A stretch of 64,000 nt of DNA. Source: Octopus bimaculoides. Lineage: Eukaryota. The first letter of the stretch is position 1. Every line of letters starts with the position of its first letter. The notes under the pieces were generated by a model, which was given only the letters and a program-made list of their open reading frames with translations, searched no databases and was not told the origin of the DNA. The stretch spans positions 153,565,074-153,629,073 of the forward strand of contig NC_068982.1 of the NCBI RefSeq assembly GCF_001194135.2, in the 5' to 3' direction. Of the stretch, positions 35,875 through 47,318 are shown in pieces. A program made the translations under genes and the position numbers.

Positions 35875-36793
35875 AATTAATCAAAGGACATACTAAGTAT
35901 GTCTTCTCTAGAAATAACAGTCAAAACTCTTATTTAAATCGCCGAGAAAACGCTGATAATAACTGCAGAAATCAACCGTCTGGGGGCAAACGGGCTAAGA
36001 CTATCTCTCAACATACATTGAAATATTTGGACACCCGTATTATAGCCTCACCTCCATAGCACGTGTTACCATGATGGAAATCCCGACCCGTCACACCGAA
36101 GTATGTGCTCCAACTGATACATTTTGCGCCGAATCATAGCATCCACCAATGTTAAAATAATTTCAATGCAGTCTTTATAAGGACATATGGATATACCGAT
36201 GTGAAGATCTACTGTGAATAGCAAATTAACTGGAGTTTTCCTACACTCGCGGAGGTTAGCCAGAATTATTAACCGGTAAAAGTGAATACGGAACCCGCTA
36301 AGATTGTATATGCCTACCAATCTAATTTGGACAAATCCTTGAGCTATTTAATGCTTTTTGGGGCCTGCAATCGCTTATATTCTTGATTCTGTTAATATCA
36401 TTTTTAATTATTCTACTAGATAATAACAGTCAAAAATATCTTCGCAAATATTTTCTTCTGAATTATTTGCTCCGCATTGAAATTATTTTCACACTGGTGG
36501 CTGCTATGGTTCGATGGAAAACGAATCAGTTGCAGCGCAGTCTTCAACGTGACGAGTTGGAGCTTTCCATCATGGTAATCCGTGCTGAGGAAGGTGAGGC
36601 TATAATGCCAGTCTAGAAGCCGGTCCACGGGAGTCAAAATACTTGAATGTATATTGAGAGATTGTCGTAGCCCGTTTGGCCGTAGACGGTTGATTTTTGT
36701 AGCTATTATCAGTGTATTTTTCGGTGATTTAAATAAGAGTTTTGATTGTTATTTCCAGTAAGTAAACATACTTAGTATGTCCTTTGATTAATT
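35875..36793. repeat. ~920-bp imperfect palindrome with ~300-bp arms (fold-back or MITE-like)
   Basis: The outer 27 bp are a perfect inverted repeat (35875-35901 and 36767-36793). Arms 35875-36170 and 36473-36793 align as reverse complements throughout. Confidence 0.9.
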
Positions 36794-37161
36794 TTTATCC
36801 TTCAACTATTTAAAGTGACACTGAACTTTCATGCGCAATAAGTCTGTCAGTATAGAATGAGAATGCAAAGGACTTCAGCATCGCATGCTCGTGTGATTAA
36901 GATGAGACGGTCGTATCTCTGAGCCATTTCTGTATGCCAAGGAAAAAAAAGACAAGCGAACGAGCGAAATTAAAGTACAACAACTGCACCCAAAATACAC
37001 TGATGATCATAAAATCTTGGAAACTGGAGAAAAAAACCCTACTCTAAATTATTTATCTCGAGGGAAAACATAACATGATGAGGGGTGGAGTGGGAATTTG
37101 AAACAAATCGCATCAAGAATAAGCAGATCAAGAAATATATATATATATATATATATATATA

Positions 37162-37390
37162 NNNNNNNNNNNNNNNNNNNNNNNNNNNNNNNNNNNNNNN
37201 NNNNNNNNNNNNNNNNNNNNNNNNNNNNNNNNNNNNNNNNNNNNNNNNNNNNNNNNNNNNNNNNNNNNNNNNNNNNNNNNNNNNNNNNNNNNNNNNNNNN
37301 NNNNNNNNNNNNNNNNNNNNNNNNNNNNNNNNNNNNNNNNNNNNNNNNNNNNNNNNNNNNNNNNNNNNNNNNNNNNNNNNNNNNNNNNNN
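37162..37390. other. Assembly gap
   Basis: N run in (TA)n. Confidence 1.
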
Positions 37391-37470
<80 letters not shown>

Positions 37471-37769
37471 ATGTATGTATTTATTTATGTATGCATGTAT
37501 AAACGTTCACACACAACGCATATGAACACGCAGTGACAAATTTTAAACAAATATTCATCTTCATCCTTTCACAAAATATCTTCTCCGAACTAACGACATG
37601 CTTTCTCGTAATTTTAACCTATCTAAAGGTATAATAATCCCCAACCTACACTTCACTCCAGGATTCAGTGGGATAAGTGACAATAGGACAGAATATGAAG
37701 CACGGCAAATACCTGCAATGGACCGGTGTCATATGTTAATAACACCTATAAGGAGGGGCTTTTTCCAGG

Positions 37770-37998
37770 AGTAACTGATGTCGTCTGACGGTATCCAACG
37801 TTCATCGGGTGTTTCGACCCTGACCCGTAACACATTCCCGTTGGTGGGTCAGCAGTGGTGCCCAAGTCACTACTCCTCATCTCCTCCTGGCTTCCAGCTT
37901 AACTTTTCTCTCTTGCTCCAAAGCCAACAGAAGGCTCTTTCAGCTGTCCCTCCCATCCTTCGTTCCTTACCTGTCATTCCAGTGTCAGTTAATAATTC
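37770..37998 (-). mobile_element. 3' end of a Hero/NeSL-like RLE LINE (ORF terminus plus 3' UTR)
   Basis: Minus strand ELLTDTGMTGKERRMGGTAERAFCWLWSKREKLSWK* followed by GACCCACC...GGTCGAAACACCCGATGA, as I remember Hero 3' ends. Confidence 0.6.
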
Positions 37999-39304
37999 TT
38001 GTAGGCGATGATGTATTGAATGAAGAAGCAAAACTTCCTTAATGAATTAATCTTTCCTCAAAAAATCTTAAAAGGAAGAGCATCCAGCTGCCAATTACAA
38101 GAAACTCTCAATGGAACGGAGAGGTAATTAAAAGAAATTTTAGGTTTCAGGAATTTTAATTTTATGACTTTCAGGAATTTTAATTCCTATGACTAATTAT
38201 GGTGTAATGTATTTTTGCCGTACATAGCATCGCTAAACTAGTGGCATCATCAACAATCGGATATGAATATCAAGGATTGATACAGTGGTAACGAGACGAC
38301 AATAAAAAAGGGAAAAAATTTTCAATTAGTTTAGAGACTTTGACAGCAAAAATACCAGGATAAATAAAAAAATATCTAAGGTTTAACGCAGTAACAAGCG
38401 CAGTTAGACTGACATAGTAAACTTTTACGTTAAAAATATAACAAGACAAAACCGAAAGATAATTAGTTACTCTAACGTTCCTGTGAGCAAATATCTAAGA
38501 GAACAAATATTGGTATTTTTGCGAGCTTAATTGACAAAGAATCACAGAGTGGGAAAATAAGGGGTCACAAAGAAAGAAAGAAAAGGAGAGACGGGGAGAG
38601 ATAATATAGGAAAGACGAAGGAAATAAGACTGACATTAAATATGGTCACAACAATTTATGCAACTTTGAAGTATAAAAGTCTGCATCACTATCAAAAATT
38701 GGAGAAATGGGGTAGAATTGATCAGAACACATAAAAGACGAAGCAAATGGAACGTACTCATCGTCAGCTGTCTCTCTAAGGAATTTATTGATATCCACGT
38801 CCTCGGGAGATTACTGCCCTAGTGTCAATGACTTTTACTTTACAATGTTGTTTACATTGATGTGACCATTGTGCTTTCATTATCACTTTTATTTCTTTCA
38901 GACTCTCTCTCTCTCTCCCTATTTTGAAACTTTACCTCACTTCTTTCCAGCCATTCTTTCTTATATGCGTTATTCTGCTCTCCCAATATTCCACTGTCTT
39001 CTCGTTTAACTTTTGTGGGAAAACTATTTCGTTTTCGCTTCCTTGCACCGTCTCCATCTCTGTCTCCATAGATCCGTATCAGTCTCTTATTGCTCAATTT
39101 ATCTAACTAAACTATCCTTCGTCGTAAAATTTTCTGCACCACCTTTAGCAGACCAACTACTGGTATCTTCTTCCAGCGTGACAAAGAGAGACAAATCGAC
39201 CAACAAAATGTCTTAACACATATCTTAAAGTTATATATATATAACTTTAAGATATGTGTTAAATATACATGAACAGAACATGTGTTTTTGTTTTTTTTTT
39301 CATT

Positions 39305-39410
39305 TTCTCTCTATTTCCTCTTATTCCTTTCTGTCGAAAAGCGTAGTCTCGAAACGTAAAAGACTTCCATTTTCCCGAGCGTGAAACTAATACACCTGCT
39401 TGTTGTTCCT
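39305..39410 (+). repeat. Family A repeat, copy 4 (most complete hammerhead-like motif, 39327-39362)
   Basis: CTTT-CTGTCGA-A-AAGC-GTAG-TCTC-GAAAC-GTA-AAAG, then ACTTCCATTTTCCCGAGCGTGAAACTAATACACC. Confidence 0.8.
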
Positions 39411-39472
39411 ACACCGGTCTTCGTTTTTTTTTTCTATAAATTTGAACTATATTATATATATACATATATATA

Positions 39473-39633
39473 NNNNNNNNNNNNNNNNNNNNNNNNNNNN
39501 NNNNNNNNNNNNNNNNNNNNNNNNNNNNNNNNNNNNNNNNNNNNNNNNNNNNNNNNNNNNNNNNNNNNNNNNNNNNNNNNNNNNNNNNNNNNNNNNNNNN
39601 NNNNNNNNNNNNNNNNNNNNNNNNNNNNNNNNN
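39473..39633. other. Assembly gap
   Basis: N run in (TA)n. Confidence 1.
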
Positions 39634-39663
39634 TATATATATATATATATATATATTCTTTCC

Positions 39664-39866
39664 TACTCTAAGCATAAGGTTCGAAATGTTTGGGGAGGGC
39701 GCCAGTCGATTAGATCCAGTACGCAACTGCTACTTAATTTATCGGCTCCGAAAGGATGAATGGCAAAGTCGACCCGGGCGGTATTTGAACTCAGAACGTA
39801 AAGACAGACGAAATACCGCTAAGCATCTCGCCCGACCTGCTAAGGTTTCTGCCAGCTCGCCGCCTT
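39664..39866 (-). mobile_element. Near full-length SINE family 1 copy
   Basis: Reverse complement begins GGCGGCGAGCTGGCAGAAACC...TTCTGAGTTCAAATACCGCC..GTCGACTTTGCCATTCATCCTTTCGGAGCCGATAAATTAAGTAGCAG. Confidence 0.9.
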
Positions 39867-39884
39867 AATATATGCACAAATATT

Positions 39885-39969
39885 CTGTTCTACTATAGGC
39901 ACAAGGTACTTAATTTATCGTTCCCGAATGGATGAAAGGCAAAGTCGACTTCGGTGGAATTTGAACTCA
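39885..39969 (-). mobile_element. SINE family 1 internal fragment
   Basis: GGTACTTAATTTATCG..GGATGAAAGGCAAAGTCGACTTCGGTGGAATTTGAACTCA. Confidence 0.8.
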
Positions 39970-40350
39970 TTTCTATATTTTCTTACTTCTCTTTCTCAGA
40001 TGTCATTATACTTAACTTATTGGGAATCCTTACTCAATATCATGATCCTTATGCTGAGCTATTCAAGAGACAGCTGTGTCATATTTCTATTCTCTATTTA
40101 AATTTCTTTTTAGGTGATTTTCTTTTTTAATTTATATCCAGCTATTTCTACCCACCTCTGGAGTTCTAGTGGTATACCAAACTGAGCACTCATATTACAT
40201 ACCTATTACATACCTATTACATTATGTCAGTTGATGGAAACTCCTTGTATAAGGAAGGTCTATATGTATGTGTGCGTATGTGTGTGTAATATATATGTGT
40301 GTGCGTATATATAATATATATATATATATGTGTATATATATATATATATG

Positions 40351-40402
<52 letters not shown>

Positions 40403-40829
40403 AATATCGATCACATATATGTTATCAAGTATCCGTAGCTCTTATTTTAATACAGTGTACATTAAATGGTATACATAAAATATTTAAAACGACATTTAAA
40501 GTACTAATACCAAAAGTAATATAGTAATATTTATCGACACTTAAACGTGTACCCTGTGTTAGAACAGAGAATATAGTAATAGTTACCACGTGAGAACCTC
40601 TCATATTGTTTTGTGGTGCTTACAAGCACTCTTGTTTACATTGATAGCGAGAGACAATCATCGCCACTTTGCGTAATTCAATATTTTGACCTTCCTTGGC
40701 CCCTTCAGTTGTAAACTCGTCACCGCTGGAAGTAGTAGAGACTGCACCGCTAGTGATATACATAGAATCACAGTGTCTAATCAGGCACCAGTTTCACAGA
40801 TAGTCAGTGGGTTCCACTAAATAAAAGAA

Positions 40830-41980
40830 AGCTAACATAGAATGCTTTAAAAAAAGGGAAACTTTTGTCATTCTAAAAGATCCCAAAACTAACTTCAGTA
40901 ATAACCCCATTTATAGATTGTTAAACCCAGCAAGGACTGAAATCGGGCTAGTGGCCAAAACAAAAAAATGCCAAAAAATATTTGGATCAAAATCAGAGAG
41001 TCTACTGTGCTACTACAATGGGATACTAGTAATACAGTAATAGATCGGTTTAAGGATTTAGATAAGTATTACTAGTACATTTACACAGTTCTATGATTTT
41101 TATCTTTTTATATCGAGAGACCCTGTAGACCTAGAATTCATCATGCGAGAGAAACAGTACTATTCAAATAAACCTGAAAATCACTATCACTATTGACTTA
41201 TCAAAAGTCGATATTTTAGATGTTATAGCAAATCTAAACTGTCACTCATATGAACCATAACATAAGCGCAATGAGGAACTTCCCTATATAAGCAAACAGT
41301 TCTGTTACCACACTGCTGTGTTGAAAAACCTGATAGCTAACATTTGCAATTGGTTATCCAACCTGTCTTCGTCTAAAGAAATTTTTGATAAAGCGGCCCC
41401 ACTACCATAACAATGTTCTAGCTAACAGTGGCTGCAACGGTAAGTTATATAACAGCCCTTCTATGAATAATACGTATAATAATATATAGGCCTAAGAATA
41501 GCCCTAGCAAAATAATGTGATTCGATAAATGTTGGAACTAACATTTATCTGTCCCTCTTAGATAAGCATTTCCCCAAAAAATCATAAATACTGAAAGATC
41601 TTTATCAAACACTCAACTAAGTTATCATATAGCTCCTACCCCAATATAAAGAGCATCATTACCTGCAAACACCACCAAGACCACATTACCAGTTGTAACA
41701 TTCGAGGCCCGGGAACTTGCCCACTCGACTAGGAGTGCGCGACAAAATCCGTCATATATGAGGCAGACGTTACAACGACGTTATATAATTTATCCAAAAC
41801 GAAAACTTACATCGTGTTATGCAAAAGCGATTTCGAAAGTCTTGTTTCCGGTATTTTGGCAAAAGTAAATCCACTAATTTGGCTAGACACGTAGGCGGTT
41901 TGAAGATCAGCTCCAAATAGAAAGTCGCTGAAAAATCGATGTCACATGTATGTATACATGTTATGTATAGCTGAAATATC
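40830..41980 (+). mobile_element. Internally deleted Penelope-like element (RT start, RT thumb, GIY-YIG start)
   Basis: NIECFKKRETFVILKDPKTNFSNNPIYRLLNPARTEIGLVAK; RLSNLSS..EIFDKAAP.Y; TCPLD.ECATKSVIYEADVTT; KTYIVLCKSDF; STNLARHV. Confidence 0.85.
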
Positions 41981-41989
41981 ACATATCCT

Positions 41990-42154
41990 TTTTACATCTA
42001 GGAATTCCACTGCGCTGTTGAATTTCAGATCAGGAATTTTCAGGGCATGTAAGCATATTGACAAGTTTCTTTTGACGAATTGAAGAACTTCACAATCTCC
42101 TGTTTGAACAGCTGTTTTGAAGATTTTAGACTTCTTCTGTTCATTGCACATCAT
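41990..42154 (-). mobile_element. PLE RT fragment in opposite orientation
   Basis: NLSICLHALKIPDLKFNSAVEFLDV resembles the PLE motif LN...P.LKFT.E....FLDV. Confidence 0.45.
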
Positions 42155-42500
42155 CTAATCTTACGACTCTACGATTAGAAGGGACATAACTATAATTCTC
42201 CCTTTTTTTTTCTTTTTTTCTTTTTGTCTCTCTTTTCGACTTTTTTCACCATTCCACTTTTTGAACCCCTCATCATCTCGTTTCTTCTCGTGACTGCCCT
42301 TGTTCGATTATCTTGATTTGTAATTTACTTAGGCCCTGTACCCACAGACTGAAGATTGCTTAGAGACACTAGGCACTTTTAAAACCTGCCTAGTTAATAT
42401 CTTCAATGTATGAAATCATTAGTGCTCATAACTATATATTGTGTACATTACGCAATATTTATTTCATCAGATAGGGCACTATTTTTTTATCTACCTGAAC

Positions 42501-42553
<53 letters not shown>

Positions 42554-43019
42554 ACTTATATATGTATATACATTAATAAATTTATATCAGCAAAGGATCT
42601 CAACTTTAGCGAAAACAGCTTTAAGACAACTGCTCTTGTTATGATATCTGCAACATTAGTCATCGAACCAGTTGTTCATACTCTCTTATCACTCACATCG
42701 CTAGAAATTCTGTGTGAACCAGTTGAAAGCCTGTATTCAACAACAAAAAATTGATATTACAGTACAAATTATAAAGTAAATAGATGAAAATATTTTTGTC
42801 ACACTGTAGCAAGTTAATGCTCTGAATTTAGCTTCTAAACAGCATTTATAGCTATAGGTGATAATCACAATTTAGTTTCGAAGATATATTTATTATACAT
42901 AGTCAATTTTTGATGGACTCTTGTTTGTTACTACTTGGTTTATAATTGATTAGCACATTATTTTTAAAACTACATGAATGGCACCGGCTAATTGTTGACA
43001 TCTCTTGATAGCATTATCA

Positions 43020-43175
43020 GTTTCCGGTATTTTGGCAAAAGTAAATCTACTAAGTTGGCTAGACACGTAGGCGGCTAAAAGATCAGCTCCACATAGAAAG
43101 TCGCTGAAAAACCGATGTCACATTTTAATGGGTAAAAAAATGTAAGTTGTGTATAGCTGAAAGCTAATTGCTAAT
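43020..43175 (+). repeat. Direct duplicate of PLE GIY-YIG C-terminal segment 41844-41947
   Basis: 104-bp match with 7 mismatches, continuing into KKCKLCIAE. Confidence 0.9.
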
Positions 43176-44782
43176 TGCCCCCAACAAATTGTTATCATCT
43201 GATTATCATAGCTTTATTTTTGTCATCGGATTGTTGTGAATATATGATTTTTACCGCATGATAATTTTCATCATCTATCTTGAATTATCATCTGGTTCCT
43301 TGTAGCGTTGTTACCCGACTGTTTTTCCTTTGCACCTAATTTTGTTTTGGCATTGATTGCTCTCAAACCTCATTGTCATCATGTAATAATTGCTAAAGCC
43401 TGATTGTCAAACCCTGATATTCACTTCTTAAATAACCACTCGTGGATTGTCACAACATGAATATCGCATCCTGATACACATACACAGAATCACATTGTCA
43501 CTCTCTCACACACATTATCACTGCTGTATTTGTCCCATTTCTTTGTTGCTACCAGATTCTAAGCGTTGATTCACTATCGGATTAACATCCTTGGATTGCC
43601 TCAACCCGATTATCATCACGTGATTGCCGCCTCCACCTCCATTCCATCAATTACCATTTCTTTTTTACATTTTTGCCAGTAAATCACTAGTTTATGTGAA
43701 TCTATTCAGTTGGGTTCTAGACATAATGAACTAGATTAACTAAACAAGACTTCATGTTGGCTTGCACTTGTATTATTTATGCTATTTTAACAGAAATTTG
43801 ATATAGTTTATTCTAGGAGATACTGTTTATCTGTTAAAGAGAATATGAAGATTAATGAGGCAAAATGCTTGTTATCGGGAAAAAGTGTCAACAGGATTAA
43901 ATTTGAATATTGTTATTAACATCACTCTCTTATCAGCAGTATCTACCAAATTTACATCGTCGTCATCGTCGTCATAATCGTCATGGATGTCTTAGTCATG
44001 ACCATCTTCAATTTCCTCTTCTCTTTTGCTTGCGTATCAGTATCACAGTCATCCACTTTATCGTTACGTTCATCTTCAATATAACAAAACCATCATCAGC
44101 AATATATTTAAGGAAAATGCCATTATGAAAACTCCTCGGAAAAGTAAAATATAATTAAAGACGTATCAAATAATTCTAGAGGATAAAAGATTGGAATTAA
44201 AAGATGGCAGTTGAGGATTTAGGATCAGGAGAGATCTTATTAAAAGGGCTGAGAATGTATACATCTAACATCAATGTCAACATTATCTGAATGCTATAAA
44301 AATAAATATCACTGATAAGGTACATCCGATAGGGATAAATACTAGTTAAACTATACACACTTTTTCGTATATTTCGATTTTCATATATTTATTTGTTACT
44401 GTTTCCCTTTACAAATTCTTCCACCACATGCAATAAAAATACAATTAGAGTAGTGTCAATTAAAATAAACCATCGGCCTAACAGACTTAGCAACAACGTC
44501 GACGAAAGTTATCAATAATACATTTTACACAGGCCGACATGTGTAGGGAAGTGAATAGCGGATTGAATCAAACTATTATATGAAGTACAAACCCCACTTT
44601 GTTATAAAGCTCCTACCCATACTTGCTGAATAAATGCACTAAAGGAATATTCGTTTTGGATTCTATCCAGAGGTGCATCGTTCCTTCCTTCAGTTACCAG
44701 GGACTTTTGGACACAGCAGGAACGCGTATATCACGGTTTAGTTCATTTATTTGACTCTCTATTTCGTTCGCCTTCACAATTA

Positions 44783-44783
<1 letters not shown>

Positions 44784-44860
<77 letters not shown>
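44784..44860. repeat. (CT)n microsatellite
   Basis: Directly visible. Confidence 0.97.
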
Positions 44861-44862
<2 letters not shown>

Positions 44863-45032
44863 TTCCTATGTATGTATCTATCTATCTGCATTATCTTTCT
44901 ATCTCATTTTTATTCTCCTTACTCTCTCACTTATTGGACAATTCTGAATGACCAACCAGCATTATCCATAAAAAATACTGTAAACTGCCCAGTGGTTTTA
45001 TAAATAGCTACTAATACCTAGAGCATATACAG

Positions 45033-45210
45033 GGCAGCGAGCTGGCAGAATCGCTAGTACATAAGGCGAAATGCTTAGCGGTATTTCGTCCGTCATTTCT
45101 GGGTTGAAATTCCGCCGAGTGCGACTCTGCCTTTCGACATTTCGGGGTCACTGTAATCAACTTACCCTCGCTCTCCAGCTTGCTGGCCTTGTGCCAAATA
45201 TTGAGATCAA
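45033..45210 (+). mobile_element. SINE family 1 copy with internal deletion
   Basis: GGCAGCGAGCTGGCAGAATCG...GAAATGCTTAGCGGTATTTCGTC...AAATTCCGCCGAG..GACTCTGCCTTTC...GGCCTTGTGCC. Confidence 0.85.
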
Positions 45211-47160
45211 TATCTAGACTCAATATCTCCCTACCGATATTTAAACATTCTGTATGAGTATTGTTACTCATTCTGTCCACAATAATTCTATAGCGACTTC
45301 TATGTTATGTGTTCTTAGACATTCTGGCAACAACAGTACCCATCTAGAAGATTGGCCAGAATTCTAGATGACAAGCACGAGTCAACAATTTACGCTTGAT
45401 TCAAGACAGTAGCTCAGTGAAAAAGATAAGTTGTTTAAAATTGTCTGGCATACAAAATCAGAGGTTGTTCTCTCACAGAGCTATCTGTGATGATGTAAAC
45501 TCATCATTAAAGTTTCTTCCACAAAACAAGATAGATGTTTTGATAGTATCAAGTAGAATATGAGACCTGTCAAACTGATCGAAAGAAATCTAGCCATTCG
45601 TGTCCATTGTTGAGTCTTCAATAACATTTTACTCTGATTCCTTTTCAAATCGATATTAACTACCTTAAAAGCACTTAGTGTTTCAGACTGAATCATATTA
45701 AAGGTATTTTAGCCAGACACTTAATTAATGGAGAAAAGTCAACTGTATGAGCATGTCACACTAGATTTTCAGGTACAAAGATCACTGAGTTGTTCTGATT
45801 AATTCTCTTTTCCTTTTTCATATACTCGAGTGTCGTATGAGTTAACATGATTTCTAATGCATCCCACGCCATTAAAGAAAAGACAACAGTGTATGATTTT
45901 AACTCTTGTCAATACAGTAGTTCGAAAAGGATTCCTACAGCTCGGTCAGTAGAAGCACATAGGTGGACACTGATGGATCCATTAATTCGAAACGTTTCTG
46001 ACAAGATGCCATTTTCTCTTAACATAAACCAAAGTTGCTACTCTATAAGTATCTAAACTATGAGACATAAAGCTGCCACACAATCTCTAGTAGCGCTACC
46101 ATCGTTCAGTTGAAGTCAGTTAGTTGGTAATAGCCGTCAAGGAGGTAATTTCACTGTCACTCGGTCTGCTAGAAAGAGCGGCCTAATGTCACTAAAATCA
46201 TATTCTCTTTTCTTGAAAATGTAAGTGACAAATTCATAATTTAATCGGAGATGTGTTATCGGAATAAAAAAGAAAATAGTAACAAAGAGAACGCTTTTAA
46301 TTATAAGTTTGCGAGAACACTGTCCCTATTATTTAATCTAGGGGTTAGATAAAAAAATATAGTAACATTGAATATTTGTATACATGTTTTATAAAGAAAA
46401 GCAAATCTAAAGCTCCGGTAGTGTTTGTGTCAATTCAGCCCTTCTAGTATTTGTCTATAGACTATAGCGACCAAGTTATACAGAATAGAAATATACAAAA
46501 TATAGCATCAGTCATTTCACTGAAGCTAAAATTAGCAAAGCACAACACCATCTCCTAATATTATTGTTATATATGAACTTATCGATCTTGGTGAAATGAA
46601 ATGTCAAGTTAACTCTGATTTGAATCACTATGGATTTTACAAATCCAGTGCAACAGTCACTGCTAAGAGCCCGTCCTACTTTATACATAAATTATTTTCA
46701 TTAAAATGAATGCATCCATAACAGTGATAACTTAGAGACCGCCCTCTTTTACACATTAAATATTTGAAATAAAAGCAATGTATAAGAGGCAGCGCCTGCA
46801 TGAATACATGAACAGAGATTTGCTTTAAACATAACACATAATAACACTCGCTTATACATGTTTAATTGCATGCTTAATTGCAGTTAATATCCTCTTTCTC
46901 GATTGCAATGGCCGAATGAAGATAAACGGCTAACATTCAGCTCCCCAATTAAGTGCCTATTTAGCATCATTTTGGTCAATGATGCTATTGACGTTGGTCA
47001 ATAACGTTGTAATTATATAAGGAAAACTTTAATAAAAAGTATAAAGAACAAGGACTTTGTAGGAGCAGTTATAAGAATCGCATTATATTTAAGCCTTCAT
47101 AATTTAACATTAGCTAAAAGTGTACTGTGATGGTTTCATAGCAAACACTCTCATATAGAT

Positions 47161-47242
47161 TCAATATATATATATATATATATATATATACACGCATGCA
47201 CACATGCATACACACACACACACATATGTATATATACCTATG

Positions 47243-47316
<74 letters not shown>
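47161..47316. repeat. Compound (TA)/(CA)/(TG)n microsatellite
   Basis: Directly visible. Confidence 0.95.

Positions 47317-47318
<2 letters not shown>

Noticed and set aside
40590-40790. Minus-strand frame ITSGAVSTTSSGDEFTTEGAKEGQNIELRKVAMIVSRYQCKQEC
   Set aside because: No convincing splice sites or recognisable homology; within chance expectation.
45968-45996. CTGATGG...TCGAAACGTT hammerhead-like words
   Set aside because: A9 is missing and there is no complementary stem I.
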